From contig RHPI01002090.1 of assembly GCA_009103225.1 (NCBI GenBank), positions 974,725 through 1,038,724 on the forward strand: a stretch of DNA of 64,000 bases, written 5' to 3'. Below, piece by piece: positions 27,301-41,079 of the stretch. The stretch comes from Chlorokybus atmophyticus (taxonomy: Eukaryota; Plantae; Mesostigma and Chlorokybus algae). The notes under the pieces are model-generated. The model saw only the letters and a list, made by a program, of their open reading frames with translations. It did no database searches and was not told where the DNA came from. The translations under genes were made by a program, and so were the position numbers. Position 1 is the first letter of the stretch. Each line of letters begins with the position of its first letter.

Positions 27301-28067
27301 AGTGTGGCTGTTGTGTCCTGATGCAGCAAGGGCTCATGCAGGTACGTAGGGTCCCTGATGACTTTGTGTGCGGAGAGAGAAGGGGAACAGCTGGAGTATT
27401 CGTATTTGGACAGTCAGCGCGTGCTGCTGCGATACAAGTTTCCACTGCGCGAGATCGTCACTGATTTTTACGACCAGCTGAAGAGCAGGTCATCTGGTTA
27501 CGCTTCGTTTGACTACGAAGAAGCTGGGTAAGGAGGAGTCATTTGAACCAGAGTGTGGTTGTCTTAGTTCATTGCCAGGCTCGACCTGTGTTATAACAAT
27601 GTATGTGGTTTATCGTACTGCAGATACACGCCATCAGACGTGGTGCGTCTGGACATATTACTCAACGGCGAGCTCGTGGACGCATTTGCGTCGGTGGTGC
27701 ATCGATCCAAGGCGGCCCGCATAGGCCGCAACTTGGTTGACAAGCTGAAGGATCTGATTGACAGGTGAATGAGTCACGGGATGGACTACCACAGGGAGAG
27801 TGCGACATGCGTGCTAACATTTCCGTCTGCAGGCAAATGTATGAAGTCGCCATTCAGGCAGCTGTTGGCGGGAAGGTTGTCGCGCGGGAGTCTCTCTCCG
27901 CATTGCGCAAGAACGTGCTGGCCAAGTGCTATGGCGGGGACGTGACGCGCAAGCGCAAGCTGCTGGAAAAGCAGAAAGAAGGCAAGAAGCGAATGAAGCG
28001 CCTCGGTCACGTTGACGTGCCACAAGAGGCCTTCCTTGGCCTGCTGCGTGGACACACCTCAAAATAA
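24323..28067 (+). CDS. GUF1: Translation factor GUF1/LepA (EF4), mitochondrial type
   Basis: [15 protein letters not shown] resembles a mitochondrial presequence. It is followed by [64 protein letters not shown] and [31 protein letters not shown]. Confidence 0.97.
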
Positions 28068-28165
28068 TGACACGAATACAGTCGCTCATTGATGATAGCT
28101 GTGTGGTAAGGCCATTCGGTCTTAGTGTGGCGTTCCAGTCGTATTGCAATATTACCTTACCACTA

Positions 28166-29186
28166 TTAGAAAATTCTAGGCACTAACTTGGTGCGAGGAT
28201 AAAGCTCTACAAGGCCTGGCCACTGCACGTACATCTGGTCTGCCAGTCTCAATTTGTACAGCAAAAGTCCGGTGAGAGACAGCTTCTCCACCCTTGCAAT
28301 GCTCTCGACGTACACGACAATCGTATTGCACCAGCCCCACACCTGCCAAGCAGAAGCAGCAATTGCTTCACTAGTGTGTGAATGGGGTTGATACTATGCC
28401 AATACAACAGCAAGTTGCGAAGTGCTGAATAGTGACCTTGAAGAAAAAGGCTGCCCAACACAGTGGAAGGCAAGTCCCGGGACCGTTGCACAACATCTGC
28501 GAGACACAAGTTTCTCATCAATCCTTCACAGCCATTGTGTTTAGCATGCGGTCTGTGCGAACACTGCAACTAAGCTGACTCAGACAGTCCAAACAACACT
28601 GACCAACTGCGGGCGATGTTTGGCGACAAAATACAGTGCGTGAAGGCAGGCGTAAGCGGTGGTCACAAATGATGACGACCAGGTTTGTCCAACTTCTCTG
28701 CTTCGCGGGATTACTTCGCAGCTACAGTCAGTAAGAGCGCCTTTCTGTTACAACGCGGTCAGGGACCAGCTTGGTGTTGGACAAAAGTAGTCCCGCATTG
28801 CTGGTTCAAGTGAGCACCTACCTGCTGTTCAAGCTCGTGTGCCCGGCGCGCGCTCATCTTATCCGATGCTGCAACCACATAGCAGCGAGGCGTGTATCGT
28901 TTCAGGTCGAGGGTGTCGACGATGTTGAGCATTTCTGCTGTGTGGCCCCCTGCGCAGACAATGTGGCCGCCCTAAGCTGTCAAGTAAACAATTCATTGCT
29001 ATGGTTTATGCGTGCAAAAGGTTTACCGGAGCCAAGGACGATCAGGACAGATACTTTGTCATCTTGTTTTTTCTTCTTTTTGAGAGCCGGTTTTGCAAAG
29101 ACAACATACACCGTGCGGCATGCGAGCAAACCCGCAATTGCGAAGCATGACAGTATCGCAGACAACAACAAACTATACTCCTCCAT
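28166..29186 (-). CDS. ALG14: UDP-N-acetylglucosamine transferase subunit ALG14
   Basis: An N-terminal TM segment is followed by VLIVLGSG|GHTAEMLNIV, IPRSREVGQTWSSS, LCNGPGTCLPLC and VYVESIARVEKLSLTGLLLY...VQWPGLVELYPRTKLVPRIF*. Confidence 0.95.
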
Positions 29187-29946
29187 CCTGTCTGCTAGGA
29201 GGAAGCATCCACACAAGCCAATGCGGATCAATGCGCCATTGTGAAAGCTATTCCCTGGTGGTGATTGGCCTTGTGCGCTTTTTTGGCTTGAGTCTCCTCT
29301 ATGCCCTGCTGACCCACACATAATGTAAGCTCAGCTCACTTAATTGGTTAATTGCGTTTCTAGTAATATATGAATGAGACACGCGATGTTGTATTGAGGC
29401 AGGTTTATCTGCGAAAGTAATTCTGTTACAGCGTGCGGCATGCTTCTTCCAGTTCACTGCTCGCGAATGCATAACAACGCATGTGGCTGCATACGATGAC
29501 TGTCAACTCAGAGAAGATATTGCGTTCTGAGAATTTAAAAAGATCAGCAGCGACGATAACCAGGCCGTGCATACACGCAGAAACGGCACGCATGCTGCGA
29601 CACACTGCTGCAAGCAATGCAGCGCACTGACAGTACTGTCATCCCGCAGGTAAGTGCCGTGCACGTGTATTACAATGACTTATTCGCAAGGAACACCTGG
29701 CCAGGTGCAAGCACCGCCCTCCTCCGCCACCGCCGCCGTCGCCTCCTCGTCAATGTGCACAGCGCCCCAGGGCAAAGAGCTGCATGTTTTGCTGCTTGGC
29801 CGTTGAGGGATGCCCGCCTGTGCTGGAGTCAGGTAGACCGCAGCGCGCAAGCCTGTGCTGGTGCTCGGCATTGCGCGTGTGCGTAGCGACGGCGACGGCG
29901 GTGGCGGTGGCGGTGGCGGTGGAGGTGGAGGTGGAGGTGGCGGGGG

Positions 29947-32900
29947 ATGAAGCGGCGGTTCAAGGGCGGGGGCGGGCGCGGCGAGGGTGGTGGTGCTGGG
30001 CGGGGCGGATGTGTCCGTGGTGGTGGTGGTGGTCGCGAGCGTGACGAGAGCGGGCGAGTGCTTCCCCATCCAAGGTTTGGTTGATATGCTGATGTAGCAC
30101 GCTTGATCTGCCTTTCTGCGAAGCATGCAGCAGCCTGAAACGCTTCGTACAGCGAAGCGAGCGGTAACAGCAACTTTAAGAACCTCCTATGTTTGTTGCT
30201 AACAGCAGTGGGATTGTGATAACAATGTCGCTTGCAAAAAATGCAGCAACAAGTCTCACAGTTTGACGAAATGCTGCAACCAAGAGTACAGTTGTCACAC
30301 TTACACTTGAGCATCAAGGAACACAGGGCTTTCTTGACGCATGCAAGGTACTCATCTATTAACAGGGGTGCCTGTCTATATGCAGGAGTCGTTACGCTGA
30401 CAAAGCTCCAGATTTCGCAGCGCTCGCAGAACTGTACCCATCATTCAAGCCTTAGTAAGCCCTACAGCCTTAAACATGCATCCTTGAGTTTCAGTCTGGC
30501 AGTTGACCGAGAGGCCATGCACGGCGTTGCATATACTTGCACACCAGTTTCTGTCCCTTCACCAAGCCCCATGCATTATCAAAACACATTGTGACAAGCA
30601 ATTGTTGCATGGTAGTGTGCGCATACGGGAGGACGGCTCAGTTTCAATAGACTGGACCAGCTTTGACGCCACGCGGTGCGTGACTTCATTCCAATCTCAG
30701 CTGTGCTGTTGGTGCGAAGGATGTAGAGAGGCTGTCCAGCCGTTACATATGTGTATGCATCTTTAGCGTTGATTCCATGCAGGGAGCTTACATGCGCCCT
30801 GCTGCATCACGACTACAAAGTGGACTGGGTTTTACCAGATGGCTATCTATGCCCTACAGTAAGCGTGCAGCAGAGAAGAGACTCCATATGCATTGAACTT
30901 TTTTTTGGTTGATCAACCATGGCATACACACAACATAACCACGGTTATCACTTCGGCAGGTCACTTCACGTGAGAACTACATCAACTGGATTCATGACCT
31001 GCTGCAACTCTCGCGGCGCGGGCATGCCTCACCGCCTGATAAACAGCCCGACATCACTGGCATTGACATTGGCACCGGTGCCTCATGCATCTACCCTCTG
31101 ATCGGAGCGAGCATATTCGGTTGGCATTTCGTTGGAACAGGTATGCATGTATAAGCAACAGGCAGAGTCAACAAACTCAGCGGTGCAGTGAAGTTGACAA
31201 AATATGCACAGATATCGTGGACCCTGCATTGCAGCATGCCAAGGCCAATGTCGACCGCAATCCCCATCTGGTGCGCCATGGTGTTGAAAGGTGCCACATT
31301 TAGTCCACTGAGAAACTGTTTGCAGTATTTGCCATGTACACCTGTAACCACGGTTACACTCTCCAGGCGCATCTGATACAGGTTCGCCGAGGCCACGTAT
31401 TGGAGTCACAGGGGGGTGACATCGATGGCGATGGTGCCAAGGGGTTGCTTGTGGGCGTTGTCAATGACGATGAAAGGTTGGTGTTGTAAGGCGGTTACTG
31501 TCACCCAAGGCACAATGTATCATGTGTTCTGTCGTGGCACACAGGTACGATTTCTGCATGTGCAACCCACCTTTCTTTGAGTCTTTTGAAGAAGTTGGCG
31601 CCAACCCTCGCACGGTACGGTAGCAGCTGCATGCAGTCACACTGCCTTTGTTTGGTTTTACATTGACGCTCTGCACAGCGCACATGGACTGGTCTATCAC
31701 CGTCATCACAGTCCATTGTACTCGTGCAACAAAAGCGTGTGCAGTGTGCTCACATAGTGGTCAGGCTTGCGGTGGTTCGCCTGCTGAAATGGTGACTCCT
31801 GGAGGTGAGGCGGCATTTGTACGGCGTATCATCGCTGACAGTTTTGTTTTGCGCGACCGCGTATGGTGAGCAAGGGATTGCAACTACATACGGCTAATGC
31901 TGCTCGCAATGTGAACTGACTCATTCAACTTTCATACAGGTGGTACACGTCTATGTTGGGCCGCAAAGCCACCCTGCTGCAGTTGAAAAAGGAATTACAC
32001 GAGCGGAAGGTTGAGCACGTCGTATCATATTTGAAAGCATGCAGGTTGTAAAGGGACAGAAGTGCATGATGTGAGGATTGTTGCAGGTGCCAGCTGTGAG
32101 AGTAACTGAGTTCAGTCAAGGGCGTACGGCGCGATGGGGACTAGCCTGGTCCTTTGCACCAGATGTTGCTGCAGACATTCAGGTAGGCACAGCGATGAGG
32201 CGAGGAAACAACCCCTGTACCTGTCCTGTAGATTTGCTTGTACCGTGTGGTGGCTGGACTCATTGGACTGAAGCCATGGATGCCGCTACATCATGGACCT
32301 GTGTTTGTGTATCGCAGAAAAGCATCACATCCCATACTCAACCCCGTGCCAACCACGTTTTCTCTGTAGACAAGTACTCTGCAGCAGACCTGCTGAGCAC
32401 CTTGCGGCACTTGTTGACTGAGGAACAGGCCAACTTCAAACAAGACGGTTCCGCATTTTCTTTTTCAGTACGGTGGCCACGTACTGCGGATGCTGTGTTC
32501 AAACAAGTATGTAATGTCAAGTGACAGCGCAATATATGGCAGGGCACTCTTGTAATGCATAAGAGCAGTGACAGCGCTGTTCAAGGAAAGCGAGCACGCA
32601 GCAATGAAGTCGGGAGATCTACAAGCAGTCCTCCTGCGCTCAGCGGTGTACCGTTTAGCATCTCTGTCTTTCAGCAAGCCCCAGGGGCATTTGCCGTGAA
32701 GACTGGCATAGGTCGACTGTCTCCAGAAAGTTCAGCTGCAGGTACATTGGGCAAGCCAGCGCTGCCCAGTACGAGTACTTGAGTATTTCTGTCGTGTGAA
32801 GAGATTTTGGGGGTGGTCATTTCATTTTTGTCTTGGCCTGGTCTTGGGTGTGTACATCAAATGCAGGACATGCATGCGTGTGGGGCGGGGAGGGGGAGGG

Positions 32901-33011
32901 GATTTGTGTGCACAGCTGACTCGTTTTGTTTTGTGGTGTGTAACAGCACTGCACAACTTCGACGCATTCGCCAGGCGAATACAGAAGGGACTGTTACTAG
33001 ACAGGTCATGA
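29947..33011 (+). CDS. METTL16: U6 snRNA m6A methyltransferase METTL16/FIONA1 (RlmF-like)
   Basis: Exon 29947-30074 (MKRRFKGGG...LPHPR) splices to SRYADKAPDFAALAELYP. Further motifs are IDWTSFDATR, LPDGYLCPT, NYINWIHDLL, GIDIGTGASCIYPLIG, FCMCNPPFF, GGEAAFVRRII, WYTSMLGRKATL and EFSQGRTARWGLAWSF. The last exon is less certain. Confidence 0.93.
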
Positions 33012-34711
33012 CTACATGGTTATCTCCAGGTGAAAACAACAGAGGTGTTCTACCCATGTAATGTACTTCACTGAAAGAAGGCTGAGAGATTGAGAGATTG
33101 AAATCGCTGTACATGTGTGGTCGCAGGTTCAACCTTGCAGCACAATTCTGATGCGCAAGGGCAACCCCACGCATGAGTTCACACCTGTTGAACGATCATT
33201 TGCGCAAGCATGTCAGTTGGATTAAGTTTGGGTGGTGTTGCAAGCCTGCTGGCGGCCTCAGTCTCACTCGCCCAGGCTGGCAGTGACAGACTGTGGCATG
33301 CATACTGAATGCTCGGCTGATTGGTAAGTGTGTGCGAGCATGTGTGCATGCGTGGATGAAGTGTTTGCGGCTTAACATTTGGGCCAGCCCCTGGTTGCTC
33401 TGCTGTCCAAGCAATGTCTGTGTCATTGTGGTGTGCATGGATGCATGCACGCATCAAAGCCTCATATCCATTGATTCACATTAGAGTTACCTGTTTGGTT
33501 CAACAAACAACCCCCGGCAGTCCACCCAAGCAGAACTACCCTGCTATGTTGTGGTGGTTGGTTGCGTGCATGTGCATGTGCATGCACGCACATGCAAGCA
33601 TTGAGTGCGTTCCTATTTGCATAAACTGTAGTAGGACTCGATGCAGCAAATCAACCCGTCAAGCATGACACAACACGAGACTCTCTACTGCAATATATAC
33701 GGTATCATAGAAATGCAGCAAGCCATAGCTAGACAAGTACAACACAACCGCACAAGACAACATAAGATTTGGCCAGGGGGTGCAGCTGGCCACCGCCTCA
33801 CTCAACCACTAGATACACCACACTACACCACACTATGTGCGTGCATATGCGTGCAAGTGCGTGCAGTAGTAGGAATGGCAGCAACGGACAACCACCTGCA
33901 GCAGCCGAGCAGCAGCCGAGCACATATGCAAGTGTTTGGCTGTTAGTGCTGCCACTATGTAAGCACATGCATGTCTGATGGGTATGGGCAGTAGAGAAGG
34001 TAGGTAGCAGCTAGGTTGGCAGCCCGGTGGTTGATAAGAGTGCTTCATGGTGTGGTGAGTCGACTGCTCATGCAAGTGTGTGTCACACTCTCATGCATGC
34101 CACAATCCTTGCACTCTATTTATTATACACACAACTATACGTAACCAGACAATCACACATCGAACACTCACGCTCTACTTCTATATCAGTGCCGCATTCA
34201 CCGCCATAGTAGAGGGCCTACAGGTCCCCAGCCTGGTACTGCCATCACCTCCACCTTACTACTAGTACTTGGCTACTAGAACAGTATACTGCAGGTTGCA
34301 GTCGTGTCGCTGCTGACGGCGCGATATATGTTAACGACGTGGTGGTGGCTGGGGGCAAGGGCCTAGAGCACAGCACAGCACCGCACTGCACCACTCCCAT
34401 CTTGCTTGTCCAGCCAACGCCTGATCGCAGGCCTAACTCGCTGCCTGCTGCTAACTGCCTGCCCCACTACCATTGCATTGCACAGCACATAGCAGCACTT
34501 CGGGTAGCGAGTAGGTGGCCGCGGGTGTCATGTTAACTGTCTCTCCTTGTTGTCCTCGCTCTGCTTGCCCTGTTATGCATCTTTGCATGTGCATGACATA
34601 CAATGATATATACCCTATATACCCTGATATGTACTGCAGCTTTTTTAAGGTATGTGTGTGTGTGCGTGCAGTGTGGGGGGGGTAGTGTGTGGGGGGCAGC
34701 CTGCCCCGTGG

Positions 34712-34928
34712 NNNNNNNNNNNNNNNNNNNNNNNNNNNNNNNNNNNNNNNNNNNNNNNNNNNNNNNNNNNNNNNNNNNNNNNNNNNNNNNNNNNNNNNNN
34801 NNNNNNNNNNNNNNNNNNNNNNNNNNNNNNNNNNNNNNNNNNNNNNNNNNNNNNNNNNNNNNNNNNNNNNNNNNNNNNNNNNNNNNNNNNNNNNNNNNNN
34901 NNNNNNNNNNNNNNNNNNNNNNNNNNNN
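34712..34928. other. Assembly gap (N run) followed by a poly-C tract and (CA)n
   Basis: Seen directly. Confidence 1.
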
Positions 34929-36551
34929 CCCCCCCCCCCCCCCCCCCCCCCCACCACCCACCCACCCACACACACACACACACACTACCGGGTAGTTATG
35001 ACGCTGTGTGACCGACCTGTGAGCCACCGAAAGCGAGCAGACTGAGGGTTAGTCCACTGGCTAGAGGTGGAGGAGCAAAGACTGTGCAGTGTAGTGCAGT
35101 ATGGAACGCGAAGCCCCCGCCCTCTGGCACTCCCCCCGCCAGCTTGCAGTCTTTGTGGCGGCTGTGGGGTGAAGGGCGTTCAGTCTCGCAGTTGCGACAG
35201 CGAAGGACCTGTAACTGCAACTGCAACTTCATAACACAGCCCGTTGAGTCAACAACAGTAACTTCAGTTGCATGCATTAGCACTCAGCACGCTTTACACT
35301 CATAAGGTGCGGCGCAAGCAAACAGGACCATGACTTGCATGAGGGCAAACTAGCTGCTCCCCTCACGTGCACTTACCATCACTTACATGTGTCTTTACCC
35401 GGTACTTACCCTTCATGCGTCCTTGCATGCTCGTACGACCTGCATAGGGTATACATCATAGTCAATCATGTGCACACACGCGTGCTCAGTGCGCTCAGTG
35501 CGGACGCACAACCGATAAAGACTAGGTACAGCAAGCAAGCCAACAACTATCACCCCCGGAAACTTTCCCTTCTCTACACCACACCAAATGCCATGTGTGC
35601 TATGCCAGTGTGATGCAGCAGGAGGCAGTAGCAGCAACCACCAGCGGCTTAACCAACTCGTGAAGCACAGGCATGTACAAATGCATTGGTGCGACTTCAC
35701 AGATATAACCCTGCTATCTTACCATCTTCGCCCACAAGCTGCATTGTGTAACAACTGCAACACAACTGCATTGTGTATATATAGTACACTACACATTGAA
35801 GATCGTAGCAAGCCATGTGCCATGGCGAAAGGCGAGCAGGAGAACGGGTTAACTCTAAGTTGGCTGGTAGTGTTAAGACTGGATGGCGGATAATAATCCT
35901 CTCTGCGGTCAACGTTCGGTTGAAATGGTAACCATATCCCAAGCCTAACAACAATAACTGCTTGCACAAGTGCATTACAACAATTGTCCGTGCTACACAG
36001 CTTTTTCCATGCAAAGCTGTCAAATATGACCAGTCTACATTCCCGCAGACAGCATCAGATGCACACAACATGCAACAATCTGTGGCTACCGTGTTTTGTG
36101 TAGTGCAAGGCATCGCCAGGGAACTAGTAGTGGTCTAGCAGATCAGATTGGGCTACTCCACTGCTCCACATGTACACTTCAATAGCATTCACCTTACCTG
36201 AAGCTGTCAACATGCGACCATTTGGTAATTTCAGAATATCAATGGTTGTATTTTGGTATAACCAGGCATGTCCACCCATCAATGAGGGATGCATGCATGT
36301 CTAGGCAAACATGACAAGCTCGTGGCCAGTCACACAAAGACACATCACATGATACGTTCTGCAACACACAGCTAGACAAAAGCAACAACTTCAATCGTCA
36401 GACAAACCCTAAGCTCGAGTTATTCAGCTAACACCCAACCCCCGCGAAATTACATCAATATAAACAATGGCACTGACAATGTCTGGATCCAACGTCCACA
36501 GTTGCCCTAGGCCTAAGACACGACATTTTCCTGATCGACATGCATTCTCAC

Positions 36552-38719
36552 TCATTTCTTCTGGCCTTCGCTATAAGGCACATACTGCAGCTTCTTGTCG
36601 TCATACAGCTGGCACTTCTTGATGATGGTGGACATCAGCGGGAGCCCAAACTCAGCGGTGGTCATGTACTTGCCCCAGTTTTGCTTCAACGACTCATAGG
36701 CTGGCCGCAGGTTGTAGCTTGGAATTTTGGTGTTCAGATGGTGAGGCACGTGAACACTAATATCGTGGCACAAGGTCTCAATCCTGTAGGATGCGAAGCA
36801 AGTGATCAGGACAGCTTTGGTTGGACTTCAGTCACAAGACCGAGTGAGAGTGCTACAGAAGGACAGATGTGTGACAGATGTGGATGCATTCAATTTGTCA
36901 TGACAGCCAACCATGCGCACACCATACCAACAACGTCAGCGAGAATTGCATACCAAGAGGGATAATCGCAGTGAACTGTGCCGCCGAGCTGAGCCTTAAC
37001 CTGGCTCCAGTCAGAACCCTTTGTGAATGGGATGTGTGGTGCGGTGTGATGAACCATGGTGAAAGTGCTCATCCAGAAGTGGAAGCCCAACCACGGCATC
37101 ACCCAGTACTTGGCCACAAACAAGGGGCCCTGTGTAACGAGCATGGGGACCAAAACCGCGCCAATGAAGGCTGCGACTGCCGCCAGACTCACCTACACAC
37201 AGAAGAAGATGATCAGCAAATTGGCAATTATGTCCTCGAGAAACCTAAGACTGTCACAAACGCAAGGACTACCGCAAGGCCACTACCATCAACTGAGACA
37301 CTCAAGCACAGATCAAGGTTGTAATGTCATACCCAGACGCGTGGCCTCTCAGCAGGCCTGTACTTGTTGATGTCAAAATGCCAGATTGCCCAGTGCCCAA
37401 TCGAAGCAATGTACCAGGCTGGACCATATGCAGAGTGAATGCCAGCCTTCATAGGCAGGCTTGCAGTCTTGTACTGCTCAACGCGGAATGGCTGCCATGC
37501 AGTATCCAGGACGAGCCTACAGTCATAGACGTCAGCACAGCATGCTCACAGACAATGCAAAATCCGCACAACTCTCCAACTAGGCTCACTTGTTGGTGTG
37601 CGCGTGGTGGGTGTTGTGCTTGATTCTCCAGGGCTCGAATGGGTAAACGAGAGGCATGAACACCAAGGTTCCCACGATGTCATTCACAAGCTGGTTCTTG
37701 GAGAAAGAATTGTGTCCGCAGTCATGGCCAATCACGAATAGACCGGTTACAGCTGCGCTCATGTATGCATACACCGCTGGTAGCAGATACCAGGGCGAGT
37801 TTGCAAGCGCAACATAACCAGCAGCCACTGAAGCCACGGTGACGGCCACACTTCTCCAGGCCTTCAAGTCATTGACTTCAAACACCTGTGGGTCATTGGA
37901 TGAGTCAGACGCCTCTGTGAGCGGAACAAATAGGTCAACACTGCCCCCAGCTGCTCACCTCCTTGGGAAGGGTCTTCAGAACATCACTCATGGAGATTTC
38001 ATCTGGGATCTGCGCAACACAACTGTGAGGTCTTGGAAACTAACAACAGATATGGTTTGCTAATTAAGGACGACAACTCACCGGCTCGCCAATCTGAGTG
38101 TAGCCAGGGAATGGATTAGTGTACACTGGGGCAGGAGGTGCGGCAACAGCTTGGGTGGCTGTGCGGGTGTTGGCAACAGAGCGAGTCTGCAGCCACAAAT
38201 CTTACTTAGCACTGGTTATGTATGCAAGAGGACAAACCGACACTCGCAAATCTCAATCTGTGCCAACTGCCACCAGCAACGTGCATGCTTGCCTGTCGCA
38301 GAGTGAGAGGCACACCGCGCACGAAGCTGGAAGCTGTGCGTGAGCTGGCTAGGCGACCTGCGTCTCTCCTGACGGAACCCCTAGGCTGAGGTGTCCTGTA
38401 AGAGCTCTGCGTACAAGAAATGGGATCAGAATCTACCGATGTAGAGCAAGTACGACTCAACCAGCCCATATTGTAGACGCAGCAGCGCCATGAGCAAGTC
38501 CAGCGAGAGAGGAGCGAGAGATGACAGCCATTGTGTGCTTGAATGTGCGTGAACTCATAGCTGCGAAGTTGACGTACAGCAAAAGGCAAGTGCTCCGACG
38601 GCAGCTACTGTAGCGTTGCTGCCTGTAGCGGTCAACAAAAAGGGTAGCATTCAGTCACTCACTGTGGCAGCTGTGCGAAGCAGTGCCGCTGCAGGCGTGG
38701 CGACAGCGGACCCCGCCAT
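36552..38719 (-). CDS. FAD6: Plastid omega-6 fatty acid desaturase
   Basis: The three His boxes are IGHDCGH, RIKHNTHH and HVPHH. Also GLFVIGHDCGHNSFSKNQLVNDIVG, WLGFHFWMSTFTMVHHTAPHIPF and VHCDYPSW. Exon 1 MAGSAVATPAAALLRTAAT|gtgagt is transit-peptide-like. Confidence 0.95.
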
Positions 38720-40407
38720 TGCGGCTGCGAAGTGCCCCCCGAGATGCCAAGTGCCCCCCGAGATGCCAAGCAACTACTCCCGCACAGTGTCACCCCTGAC
38801 GGCGCCTGCCACGCACCCTTCGCCGCCGTTCCCGCCTCCAGCACCTTCACCCCGCCACTGGCAGCCAGCAATACCGCCCCCCCAAAACAATTCCGCCACC
38901 TCCTCCGCGTACTGAACCCACCCTAAAACCTACACCTTGCCGGCGGTAAACCCCTTGTCAGTCAGATCACCTTCAAACACAAGCCCCAAGCACCAATAGT
39001 AACCTACTTTTACGATATAACGCTCTTCTAACGGCTGGTATTGTCGATATCCCGCTATACCAGTGATATGTGCTCGCGGCTAGTTTTGTCAAGGTTGATT
39101 AGTTGACTGACAAGTACAGCTGGGTTCGCCGCCAGATACGCGGCGCTCAGCGACCAAGGCCTCCCCCCCGAGTTCGCGGGCATCTGATTGGTGCGGTTGA
39201 TCTGAGGGCAGGCAGCAAGCCAGGCGCTTTGCCCTTTTCCTGCTTGGCATTATGAGCGGCGGAGGGTGGACGGGGGGGGTTTCGCATGATCGCCGGCGCA
39301 CGGGGTGCCACGCGGGCAGGAGGGCAGCGCCTGCCTCGCTGGACAATGTGGACGCGGGGAGGTGCGACCTGGCCCCGCGGCAGCGCTGATATTTTGATTT
39401 GCTATGTTGGGTGGCTGCCGTCGATTGGGGACAAGTCGCGGAGTGGACTGGAAAGCTGTGGCCACGGTGGGGAAGGCCAACGCACATTGTGCGGCGCATG
39501 TGCGACAGCGTGAATTCCCCTTGAACATGTTCATGACATTCATGGCGTTCCTGAACAGTTCATCCCCACTGACGGTCCCTTTGTGCCGATACAAGAACCA
39601 CTTGGCCGCCATCCTCTTGCATGAATTCTGCTGCTGCTGCTGCTGTTCCGTAATGCGTATTAGGTAGCATGACACACCTTATTGGATTCTCAACTATGCT
39701 CAAGTTAATAAGCATAAATGACTTTGTTTGTAAAGAAGCACAGGTAATATGCATATCTAGTGAGAAGTACATACGTGATTATTAATTTATGAACATCGTC
39801 AACAAGTTACAGCGACAAATGATGATAACGCGATGAGTATATTTACAATTGCATAATAAACGCATATGCGTTCAATTACACTTATGCAATGGTATCGCTG
39901 CATCGCAGAGAACATAAAATCGTGCAAACCGTGTTAACCTAAATGATATACGACTTTATCATGGTACTTCTCTATGGGCCACACGTGCAGTTTTCAATTA
40001 TGGGCTGTGGATGAAAATGAATCTCATCCACAATACATTACCTCATATTAAACGCCGTCACATATTTTATTTCACTACATGTTATTTAACGTGATAATTG
40101 AAATATATACACACAAAATCTTGTGCAATGCATTTAACACCATATTTATTATTGAGCATACATCTTGCTGAAATTATTTAATAGAATTAATGTAACATAC
40201 AACATACAACATTTGCCAAACATTGCGTTAAGATGTTGATGTGAGCTCTTATCAACTCAATTTCTGTTATCAACAACTCGTTACACCAACATTATTTATT
40301 ACAATTTGCTCAAAGATTTTCACCAACATGCAACATATAATGCTACTAGTCAACCTCATTACCGTATCTCGCAATTCAACCCCTTCAATTATATACAAGC
40401 CCCCCCN

Positions 40408-40699
40408 ACTTGTGTGGCTGTGTCGTGCATTGTTGGTCAGCGCGATCCAGAAAGCCAGTGGATACTTGGCAGCACAATGGCCATTGCGAGTGACATGTTG
40501 TCATATCTGTGTAAGATATGTCCCATACAGGCTGCTCTATGATACTGGTTGTCATATTAGCTATACTCATTGCTTGGCTACCAATTGCTGCTGCTACTGT
40601 GTTTGCAACACACCACCGCGCGTATCCTGTACATATGTATGCAGCTATGTTGAATTTCACTTGCATTCTTGTTCTTCTTCTTCTGAAGTATGAAGGGCC
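40408..40699 (+). repeat. 292-bp segment identical by eye to 51630-51921
   Basis: ACTTGTGTGGCTGTGTCGTGCATTG...CTGAAGTATGAAGGGCC is present at both positions. This copy starts directly after CCCCCCN. Confidence 0.95.
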
Positions 40700-41018
40700 C
40701 CACCCACCCCTTTGTAATATTATTGCAACAATCTTAATATATCGCTCATGAGAGTTGTACATAAGGGGTAATTGAGGTAACATAATAAGATAAATACTGT
40801 GCTTGACGCAACGTGTTTGCTACTTGGCTTTTATTGGTTGCAGCAATTACATGCACATAAATTTATAAACATAAACACAAGCGCAGCCTGATGTTGTTAT
40901 TCAATTTTTTATCGCAGACTCAACATGCATATTATACATATACATACTTAAATGTGGTAAAAACTCACGCGCGCATATCCAACTCAATAAATGATTTGTA
41001 CATTTATCTCATTACAAA

Positions 41019-41079
41019 ACAAGCTACCTCACTGCCACATAATGACAAGCTACTTGATTGTGGCAGTGAGGTAGCTTGT
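41019..41079. other. Perfect 21-bp inverted repeat (hairpin) with a 19-nt loop
   Basis: ACAAGCTACCTCACTGCCACA (41019-41039) pairs with TGTGGCAGTGAGGTAGCTTGT (41059-41079). Confidence 0.9.

Noticed and set aside
29680-30126. Poly-Pro minus-strand ORF (extensin-like)
   Set aside because: It is the antisense of the G-rich 5' region and Gly-rich first exon of METTL16.
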